Of a stretch of 8,067 bases of DNA, positions 1 through 5,464 are shown one piece after another. This DNA comes from a virus. Lineage: Duplodnaviria; Heunggongvirae; Uroviricota; Caudoviricetes. How positions within the stretch are numbered: the first letter of the stretch is position 1; each line of letters opens with the position of its first letter. The notes under the pieces are model-generated. The model was not told where the DNA came from. It saw only the letters and a program-made list of their open reading frames with translations, and made no database searches. The DNA is taken from the IMG/VR virus record IMGVR_UViG_2703718825_000004. One strand, written 5' to 3'. Made by a program: the position numbers and the translations under genes.

Positions 1-32
1 GGTGGCGAGGGATTTCTCCCCCGCCTGGTCTC

Positions 33-188
33 TTACTCCTCAGGTTCGTAAGCTGTGAAGACAGCGACCTCCGTCTGGCCGGTTCGGATTCGTACCTCGC
101 AGAGGTCTTTCCTCGTTACCAGTGCCGTCACTATGACGGTTAAACAGATGACGATCAGGGCGATTAACATCGCCTTTTGCTGCTTCAT
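33..188 (-). CDS. hokD: Hok/Gef-family type I membrane toxin (HokD/RelF-like), 51 aa
   Basis: Minus-strand translation MKQQKAMLIALIVICLTVIVTALVTRKDLCEVRIRTGQTEVAVFTAYEPEE matches, from memory, HokD/RelF and the Hok-family pattern (one TM helix, RKDLCEV...TGQTEVAVF...YE). AAGGAG Shine-Dalgarno lies about 9 nt upstream of the ATG at 188-186. Imperfect GC-rich hairpin in the 3' region (about 3-29). Sequence identity is recalled, not searched. Confidence 0.85.
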   Translation of the reverse strand: MKQQKAMLIALIVICLTVIVTALVTRKDLCEVRIRTGQTEVAVFTAYEPEE

Positions 189-245
189 AACCTGCTTCTC
201 CTTGCCTTTCGGCGCGTAAGAGGCTAACCTACGTTTGTGAAGCAT
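33..245 (-). CDS. Mok-like in-frame upstream reading frame overlapping hok (70 aa)
   Basis: Same frame as hok, starting at ATG 245-243 (MLHKRRLASYAPKGKEKQV then MKQQ...). This resembles the MokC/HokC arrangement in which mok is an N-terminally extended frame of hok. No convincing SD before this ATG; inference. Confidence 0.4.
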   Translation of the reverse strand: MLHKRRLASYAPKGKEKQVMKQQKAMLIALIVICLTVIVTALVTRKDLCEVRIRTGQTEVAVFTAYEPEE

Positions 246-431
246 AGATTGGGCCTCAGATTAATGTTAAGCGTCTTGCAGGACGCGTAATGTTAACTGG
301 GGCTTTTCTCTGTCTGCCTTACGGTGGCATGCCCGAGGCAGACAGCCTCAAGCACCCGCAGCAATTCTACTTAACTCTCGCTTTACAGCAAACCGTTTTG
401 CCCGATATGGGAATTCCCATACGGAATGAAT

Positions 432-536
432 TCAGTTCCCCAGGCGCTCCATCAAAAACACAACCAGGCAGTAAACACCCACAACAGCAATAACAGCCAG
501 AGCGCCTTCCATTACCAGTGAAATATCATCCGACAT
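432..536 (-). CDS. 34-aa small hydrophobic (single-TM) protein, unknown function
   Basis: Below the 60-aa cutoff of the ORF track. ATG at 536-534 is preceded by AAGGGAGGG (strong SD); stop TGA at 434-432. Translation MSDDISLVMEGALAVIAVVGVYCLVVFLMERLGN has an acidic N-terminus and one predicted TM helix. Sigma70-like promoter upstream on the minus strand (about 600-570: TTGCTA-N17-GTATAT). Confidence 0.35.
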   Translation of the reverse strand: MSDDISLVMEGALAVIAVVGVYCLVVFLMERLGN

Positions 537-645
537 ATTCCCTCCCTTGGTGTGAATCCCGGCGAACGTTTTTACCCCCACCGACAAATAACATATACTA
601 GAAAAGCAATAGCTATAGCAACGCCTGCAAATGCATCTGGCCGGC

Positions 646-1209
646 TCATTGGTTCTCCCCCTGTGTCGCTTCTACTGCGATCTGACTGGCGTATTCGTTA
701 ATGGTAACGATAAGTTCTTGCTCGGCCTCATCCAGACAACTACCGATACCTCGCCTGTCCACTTCAGAAGCATCGAAATCTGCACGAAGCCTGGCGACCT
801 TCAGGATTGCGGACAACACCTCATCAGGGATTGCCGGAGAGTTGGTTGACGTTTCCGAGATTATCCGAAAATTATTGGTTGACGAACCCTTATTTTCCCG
901 AAAGTTTCCAGCCTGAAGCATGGCGGCGCGGTGACACCAGATAATCCAGCCAAGCGCCATATCCCATGCCATGTATTCTCTATCGCCATTTTTTGCTCTG
1001 CGGCGATCTACAGATTCCCCGAAACGCTTCTCCATAAATAATTCATAGGCTGCCCGTTCATCCGATACTGATGCCAGTGATGCCAGTGCAATTTTTAATG
1101 CGGTAAGCATGTTGTTTTGATCTTCATCGAGTCCGAACGGTATTTCATCCCGTGATGACTCAATTCCGGTAATCGTGTACTGTAGCCATTCTTTGGTTAA
1201 TTCAGTCAT
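646..1209 (-). CDS. Hypothetical phage protein, 187 aa, unknown function
   Basis: Intact ATG-initiated ORF. Preceded by an AT-rich region (1261-1335) and two hairpins in the 5' leader. I do not recognise the protein family. Confidence 0.6.
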   Translation of the reverse strand: MTELTKEWLQYTITGIESSRDEIPFGLDEDQNNMLTALKIALASLASVSDERAAYELFMEKRFGESVDRRRAKNGDREYMAWDMALGWIIWCHRAAMLQAGNFRENKGSSTNNFRIISETSTNSPAIPDEVLSAILKVARLRADFDASEVDRRGIGSCLDEAEQELIVTINEYASQIAVEATQGENQ

Positions 1210-1218
1210 TTTTCACTA

Positions 1219-1234
1219 CCGCCCTTTCGGGCGG
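1219..1234 (-). promoter_or_regulatory. GC-rich hairpin (CCGCCC-GAAA-GGGCGG on the minus strand) between an AGGAGA motif and the start codon of the 187-aa gene
   Basis: Perfect 6-bp stem with 4-nt loop seen directly. It sits 9 nt upstream of ATG 1209 and just downstream of an SD-like AGGAGA (1240-1235). A second hairpin GAGGG-N9-CCCTC lies at about 1246-1264. Confidence 0.3.
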
Positions 1235-1335
1235 TCTCCTGATGTTCTGAGGGTGCAGGAATCCCTCCGGTTAAGGATTTAATAAAAATCATTTCTGATT
1301 TAAATTTTCAGTGTTTAGTTGTTGGTTTATAGCCT

Positions 1336-1647
1336 TTATGCTTCGGCCTTATTTCTCAGCCATACACAAACAGGACCATCTTCGGTGTCATGTATCGAAC
1401 CGATAAACCATCCCTCACCTTCTGGTCGCTCAGGTTCCCATGCTGAAATATCAGGGCCATCTGCGTCCAGATTAAAATCATCTTCATCCATACTACGGAT
1501 AGCCCACTGAAGATTATTTTTCTCCATCCAGGCGTTAAACTCTTCCGTTGAAATATATTCCCGACCATCACAGAATTTTTCATATTCAGGATGCGTCCAG
1601 CAGCCATATTCATTACGTTCCACTGGCATTTCTTTAATTGCGCTCAT
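1336..1647 (-). CDS. Hypothetical phage protein, 103 aa, acidic
   Basis: ATG 1647-1645 overlaps the upstream gene stop (ATGA). Strong SD AAGGGGGG 4-5 nt upstream. Acidic C-terminal half (DEDDFNLDADGPD...). Family not recognised. Confidence 0.65.
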   Translation of the reverse strand: MSAIKEMPVERNEYGCWTHPEYEKFCDGREYISTEEFNAWMEKNNLQWAIRSMDEDDFNLDADGPDISAWEPERPEGEGWFIGSIHDTEDGPVCVWLRNKAEA

Positions 1648-1832
1648 TTACCCCCCTTATTTAATTTTCTACGACACTTTTTACAATCATCTGGACTTTC
1701 GAATGTATCCGGCTCACGCTCATTGCCAAAATACATCCACCCACCGCAAGTACTTGTTATTTCACCTTCAGCAAAATAATGATGCTTTTTCGCCATAAGT
1801 GGCCTTGCCCAGCCCGGATTCGTTTTACTCAC
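1644..1832 (-). CDS. Hypothetical small protein, 62 aa, GTG start, CxxC-containing
   Basis: GTG start at 1832-1830 overlaps the stop of the upstream gene (GTGA). Excellent SD AAGGAGG 6 nt upstream. Contains CKKC plus a further Cys, possibly a Zn-binding nin-region-type small protein (inference). Confidence 0.6.
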   Translation of the reverse strand: MSKTNPGWARPLMAKKHHYFAEGEITSTCGGWMYFGNEREPDTFESPDDCKKCRRKLNKGGK

Positions 1833-2185
1833 TTGTTGCCTCCTTTGCGAAGCTCTGCGACTAACTCGTCACATATGTGCGTCAAAGAGCAAAGTTTGAT
1901 TGCTGGATGTTCGCGCACCATCTCCACACCCTGCGCCCGCAATTCTGCCAGAAAAGCGTAGGGGTCAGTTTTTTCACTGTGGTACATGGCATCATAGATA
2001 ATCATTGCAGCGACACCTGCCTGTCCTGCATCTGTGACGGATATATGCTCAAGGGCTACGGCCATTGCGTGTTTCAACCTCTCATTTTCCACCTCAAGCA
2101 CCACACGATTAGCCTCCAGCTCTTCTATGCGTTTTTTTGCTGCTCCCAGCTCAACACGCAGCTCCTGATAGTTAATCTCGCTCAT
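1829..2185 (-). CDS. Hypothetical phage protein, 118 aa, N-terminal coiled-coil
   Basis: ATG 2185-2183 overlaps the upstream stop (ATGA). SD GGGAGGAAGGAGA immediately upstream. N-terminus (ELRVELGAAKKRIEELEANRVVLEVENERLKHAM) looks coiled-coil. Confidence 0.65.
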   Translation of the reverse strand: MSEINYQELRVELGAAKKRIEELEANRVVLEVENERLKHAMAVALEHISVTDAGQAGVAAMIIYDAMYHSEKTDPYAFLAELRAQGVEMVREHPAIKLCSLTHICDELVAELRKGGNK

Positions 2186-2406
2186 TCTCCTTCCTCCCGC
2201 ACTGCTGTTTTATATGCCCGAAGCACATGCGATGTTTTTCCTGACACAGTGCTTCTCAGAAAGAAAATTCCACTGGTGTTTATTACCAGATACGGGTCAG
2301 CAAGACGCAGCATATCCAGTATGTGATTATGTTTTCTTGTTTCCAGCACCGTACTGGAAATAAGCATATGTGACACGGGGCCGAAATCATGATATCTGAT
2401 TTTCAT
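2182..2406 (-). CDS. Hypothetical phage protein, 74 aa
   Basis: ATG 2406-2404 with AGGGTGA SD-like motif. First gene of a four-gene translationally coupled chain (2406 down to 1336). Confidence 0.55.
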   Translation of the reverse strand: MKIRYHDFGPVSHMLISSTVLETRKHNHILDMLRLADPYLVINTSGIFFLRSTVSGKTSHVLRAYKTAVREEGE

Positions 2407-2427
2407 ATCATCACCCTGCTGTAAAAA

Positions 2428-3126
2428 TTACCCGTTATCTCCTGTCGTTATTTTCTGTATGACATCACGATGCTTATTAATTTCCCGCAGCGCGGCGCAT
2501 AAGCGCTCCCACTTCTGAACCTGACCTTTTGCCCGGCGCAGCTCGCGGTTAGCCACATGCAGCGATGGTAAAATCAGACCATCCGGATGCTTTCTGATGA
2601 ACGACGACTGTGACTGCACTGTGACCGCCACACTTTCAGTTTTAATTTCTTCCTGTGTTTCCGCTTCCCGGACTGGTAACGCAACACCTGCCGGCTGAGG
2701 AAAGGCTTTACCATCGGTTTCCGTTACCGATGCAGCTTTCGGCTCTGCCGGTAAATTATCGCCCGGTATGCAGTAACGATATTGACCGTCCTGATTTACG
2801 CGAATCAGACGACCTTTGCTGACAGCCATCGCCAGTGATGAATTCGCCCGGCGGGAGGTAATCCCGAACATTAACGCCAGTTCGTCAGCCGACTGAGGAC
2901 CATGCTGTTCAATCGCGTTAATCAGCATCTCTGCAGTGGTTTTTGGGGCCGCTTCAGTTGCCTCACTCGTCAGCCACCACATCGACCCCTTGTTATCAGC
3001 TTCGCCACGACGCTTCAGCTTCCAGAGTTCGGTAACAGCATCGTCACGGCTGATTTCAAGACGGGCTGCAATCTCGTGCGACGAGGCTTTTTTCAGTGCT
3101 TTCAGTGCGTCAAAAACGGTTTCCAT
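2428..3126 (-). CDS. Hypothetical phage protein, about 232 aa, with two winged-helix-like segments (possible DNA-binding)
   Basis: ORF track frame 2428..3192. The likely start is the internal ATG at 3126-3124 (METVFDALK...), preceded by GGGAGGA at 8-nt spacing. Winged-helix assignment is inference from sequence pattern only. Confidence 0.65.
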   Translation of the reverse strand: METVFDALKALKKASSHEIAARLEISRDDAVTELWKLKRRGEADNKGSMWWLTSEATEAAPKTTAEMLINAIEQHGPQSADELALMFGITSRRANSSLAMAVSKGRLIRVNQDGQYRYCIPGDNLPAEPKAASVTETDGKAFPQPAGVALPVREAETQEEIKTESVAVTVQSQSSFIRKHPDGLILPSLHVANRELRRAKGQVQKWERLCAALREINKHRDVIQKITTGDNG

Positions 3127-3160
3127 TAAATTTTCCTCCCGGTAAAAATTACTTCTCAAC

Positions 3161-3823
3161 TCAGACAAAACCGGCCGCCTTCCGGCGCTCATATTCCTGT
3201 TTCAGCAATTCAATTGGCGTTGGCCCTGGCGGGCGTTTGGGTGCTGCCAGTTGTCGCCGGACTGGCGGAACACTGAGGCCATTACCAACATGCTTTGCCC
3301 ATTTCGTCAGCTGCCTTTCCACAAGCCGTTTTAACTCCCCTTCGGTCATCTGGCGCTCAATCCCCTTTGAACGCATCTCGAGGCAAATGTGGTACAGCAC
3401 CGGCTGTGGCCACGGGTATTTATCACTCCCGTCGTACCGCCAGGATTCATTCCTCCAGCGACGGTATTCCTCCATCACGGCATCCACCGTCAGGCCAAAT
3501 GGATTTGCCCCGCTCTCCGAAATCAACGCCACAAACTCAGCCAGATCCGGAGGCCACGTTTCACCCGCCCGGCAGCGGTCCATGCACCGACGGCAGATCT
3601 GCCGGATTTGCTGTTCAGTCATCGCGCCAATCTGAGCAATCCAGAGTTTCGACGGCGCAGCCCCGTTCTTCTGAGTCCAGCGGTTCGAATACACCTCCCC
3701 CATAAGCTCCCACAGCTTCCAGGCCGTTTCCGTTGCTGATAAATCCGTTTTCACGTTCCCACTGTTCGCGTGCAGCCCGGATTTCCTGAACTGCCCGTGA
3801 TGCGGTGCCACCTGGTGCTGCAT
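3161..3823 (-). CDS. Lambda-P-like replication protein (DnaB helicase loader)
   Basis: Translation is co-linear with lambda P as recalled (e.g. [13 protein letters not shown] vs PSPGQFVAWCREE; [16 protein letters not shown] vs YPWKSNAHYWLVTNLYQNMR; [13 protein letters not shown] vs TDAELRRKAADEL). Start is uncertain: ATG 3823 has SD AAGGGGG but overlaps the O-like gene by 209 nt; alternative ATGs at 3703 (SD TGGGAG) and 3622 (8-nt overlap with the O-like stop). Confidence 0.7.
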   Translation of the reverse strand: MQHQVAPHHGQFRKSGLHANSGNVKTDLSATETAWKLWELMGEVYSNRWTQKNGAAPSKLWIAQIGAMTEQQIRQICRRCMDRCRAGETWPPDLAEFVALISESGANPFGLTVDAVMEEYRRWRNESWRYDGSDKYPWPQPVLYHICLEMRSKGIERQMTEGELKRLVERQLTKWAKHVGNGLSVPPVRRQLAAPKRPPGPTPIELLKQEYERRKAAGFV

Positions 3824-4652
3824 GGCTTACCCCCTTGCTGACTGGTTTTACCTGTGCCCTGACGTGCTGCACGTGGCGGGCAAATTTCTGCTCCCACTGA
3901 ACCTGCGTGAAAACCTTCCCCTCCGCCATCCAGTAATCCCGGAATGCGGCAAGCTCAGCAGGTGTAAACTCAGGCTCAGGCAGAGCCATACCCCACACTG
4001 CTGCCCGCTGTCGAAAATCCGGCGACGGTTGCCAGACTCCAGTCATCGGAAATTTCCCGATCGGTTCGCTCAGGCCGTCCAGGTATTCAGGTTCGGCTGT
4101 CTGCAACGACGCGTCATTCAACTCACCGGTCGTAGCACTCTCGCGCATGCGCGCGTTATGTGTGGGGTTTAATTCTTTATCTGTATCTGTATCTGTCGTG
4201 ATTTGTCGTGACATATGCGTGACGCGTCGTGACTCATCGTGACAATCAGTGTTCTGCTTCCGCAGTCTTTCCCGCTCCCGCTGCGCTCTCTTGCGCTCTG
4301 CCGGGGATTTTGCGGTTTGCGAAACATTACCGTTATCCTCCTTCATCACCTGGCGTTTTTCCCATCCGGAAATAAGATCACCATCCAGAACTCGCCCCTG
4401 CATTGCATGCAAAATTGAATCAATCACGTCTTCCGTCACATCAAGCGCACTTGCTAAATCTTCCGTCGTGACATCAATGTGACCACGTAGTGACACGCCG
4501 TGACATGTCGTGACATTTCGTGACGCACTCACCAGAAGGTGGATATACACCGCCATCACTGTTGCGATTGGCTGTCCTGAGACCCTGGCAATGGTTCGCC
4601 ATTTGGGATCATTTGGCATGTCATGCCACAATCTGAGCCAGGCATTAGCCAT
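3615..4652 (-). CDS. Replication initiator (lambda-O-like / replisome organizer), about 345 aa
   Basis: Lies immediately upstream of the P-like gene. Likely start ATG 4652-4650 (MANAWLRLWHDMPNDPKWR...) with SD GAGGTGA; the ORF track starts at GTG 4658. Two clusters of GTGAC direct repeats at about 10-bp spacing lie inside the gene, as the ori iterons do in lambda O. N-terminal WLRL...ATVMAVYIHLL resembles replisome-organizer N-termini (inference). Confidence 0.7.
   Translation of the reverse strand: MANAWLRLWHDMPNDPKWRTIARVSGQPIATVMAVYIHLLVSASRNVTTCHGVSLRGHIDVTTEDLASALDVTEDVIDSILHAMQGRVLDGDLISGWEKRQVMKEDNGNVSQTAKSPAERKRAQRERERLRKQNTDCHDESRRVTHMSRQITTDTDTDKELNPTHNARMRESATTGELNDASLQTAEPEYLDGLSEPIGKFPMTGVWQPSPDFRQRAAVWGMALPEPEFTPAELAAFRDYWMAEGKVFTQVQWEQKFARHVQHVRAQVKPVSKGVSHAAPGGTASRAVQEIRAAREQWERENGFISNGNGLEAVGAYGGGVFEPLDSEERGCAVETLDCSDWRDD
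4196..4243. repeat. Iteron-like direct repeats, cluster 1 (five copies of CGTGA(C/T), about 10-bp period), putative ori core
   Basis: Seen directly: tgtCGTGAtttgtCGTGACatatgCGTGACgcgtCGTGACtcatCGTGACaatc. Flanked at 4167-4195 by an AT-rich tract that includes (TATCTG)x3, and by the palindrome CGCGCATGCGCG at 4143-4154. Confidence 0.55.
4468..4523. repeat. Iteron-like direct repeats, cluster 2 (six copies of GTGAC, 10-11-bp period)
   Basis: Seen directly: cGTGACatcaatGTGACcacgtaGTGACacgccGTGACatgtcGTGACatttcGTGACg, in the same orientation as cluster 1, within the 5' part of the O-like gene. Confidence 0.5.
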
Positions 4653-4720
4653 ACTCACCTCATCTGATACCGAACTTTACCCTCGAACATCCGGAATAAA
4701 TCCGGCATGAATATTGTTGG

Positions 4721-5146
4721 TCAATGCACGACAACAGCATTACCAGGCTGACCACCACTGTTAGTCAGGGTGCCCCAGGCGATCGCCGCTGCGACAAAAT
4801 CATCCACATCTTTCACCAGCCGATCCCTCCGTTCGACGATCTCACGGTAATATTCAGAGCTGTGACTGCGCATACGGGCCACCAGCAGAGGCGGCATTGC
4901 CTTTTCGATCGCCGGTAACAGAGCCTGAATTTTTTCAACAGCATCAGGGGTGTCTTTATCCAGCCAACGGAAAATTTTCTGGGTATTACGAGCCAGGGCT
5001 TCCGGATGGCTGTCGTCGTACAGTTCCGGGAACGTCATCCCCAGCTCGAAATAAGTCCGGGCTATTTCAGCTGCAGGAACTTTCTCACCGTCCGGATAGG
5101 CCCAGGCATTGATCGCCATGCGGATGTGCTCATGTTTGATTTTCAT
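4721..5146 (-). CDS. ydaT: YdaT-family protein (CII-position regulator of Rac-type prophages), 141 aa
   Basis: Starts MKIKHEHI and ends VVVH, as Rac YdaT does from memory. ATG 5146-5144 overlaps the Cro-like stop (ATGA). Sits in the cII position between cro and O. Confidence 0.75.
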   Translation of the reverse strand: MKIKHEHIRMAINAWAYPDGEKVPAAEIARTYFELGMTFPELYDDSHPEALARNTQKIFRWLDKDTPDAVEKIQALLPAIEKAMPPLLVARMRSHSSEYYREIVERRDRLVKDVDDFVAAAIAWGTLTNSGGQPGNAVVVH

Positions 5147-5370
5147 GAATCCCCCTTTCCTTCGCCCTGAGTGGTATCCTTCTTTTTGTAAAGTTCTGGG
5201 TTCAAAGATAATTTCCCCTTGGAGTATGCAGCAGCTTCCGCAGCCCTCCCCTTCGGAACTATTTCACCAGGACGCTTACGCCACATGTAAATAGCTTCGC
5301 GGGTTATCCCATAAAAATCGGCAACCCTCTGAACAGAACCAAAAAACTGGACAAGTTCATCAACTCGCAT
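5143..5370 (-). CDS. Cro-like HTH regulator (DicC/YdaS family), 75 aa
   Basis: Divergent from the CI-like repressor. SD GGAGGT 4 nt upstream of ATG 5370. Pattern L..FGS...VA...GI...IY.W.....VP.GRA shared with DicC as recalled. Confidence 0.8.
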   Translation of the reverse strand: MRVDELVQFFGSVQRVADFYGITREAIYMWRKRPGEIVPKGRAAEAAAYSKGKLSLNPELYKKKDTTQGEGKGDS

Positions 5371-5464
5371 TTTACCTCCTAAATCTAAGTATTTTTAGAT
5401 TACAAGATAATTTTTTTTAGGTCAATGCAATCTAAAATAATTTATATTCAATTTGCAGGAGAAA
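5371..5464. promoter_or_regulatory. OR-like divergent promoter/operator region between the cro-like and cI-like genes
   Basis: 94-bp AT-rich intergenic region. Inverted repeat AATCTAAgtatttTTAGATT at 5382-5401, and a second inverted repeat TTTTAG-N11-CTAAAA at 5415-5437. -10-like TATATT at 5443-5448 for the cI-like gene; TTGACC-N17-TAATCT on the minus strand for the cro-like gene. Confidence 0.6.

Noticed and set aside
290-493. Plus-strand ORF, 67 aa (MLTGAFLCLPYGG...)
   Set aside because: Lies within the hok leader and small-ORF region, has no SD, and is Pro/Gln-rich low-complexity. More likely the antisense of regulatory sequence than a gene.
246-645. relE/relB upstream of hok, as in the K-12 relBEF operon
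   Set aside because: No RelE- or RelB-like translation in any minus-strand frame here; the frames are interrupted by stops.
631-916. Plus-strand ORFs 631..849 and 701..916
   Set aside because: Antisense to the 187-aa minus-strand gene, which has a proper start context; no RBS of their own.
1319-2326. ORFs 1319..1510 (+), 1356..1613 (-), 1591..1779 (+), 1779..1961 (+), 1877..2326 (+)
   Set aside because: Alternative-frame or antisense shadows of the translationally coupled minus-strand chain, which has strong SD sequences and stop-start overlaps.
4196-4523. Possible CRISPR array suggested by the GTGAC repeats
   Set aside because: Repeat units are only 5-8 bp at about 10-bp spacing, lie inside a protein-coding gene, and have no repeat-spacer architecture. 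Iterons are the better explanation.
2902-4710. Plus-strand ORFs antisense to the replication genes (2902..3129, 2936..3145, 3096..3635, 3295..3705, 3389..3739, 3822..4172, 4249..4482, 4510..4710)
   Set aside because: Open frames are expected antisense to GC-rich coding DNA. Products are low-complexity (Pro/Arg/Ser-rich) and none has a start context comparable to the minus-strand O/P genes.
4659-4720. Hairpin CCGGA-ATAAA-TCCGG between the YdaT-like and O-like genes as a tR1-like terminator
   Set aside because: Short 5-bp stem with no U-run on the transcribed (minus) strand; insufficient for an intrinsic terminator call.
4724-5294. Plus-strand ORFs 4724..4918, 4897..5112, 5109..5294
   Set aside because: Antisense to the YdaT-like and Cro-like genes, which are recognisable by sequence.
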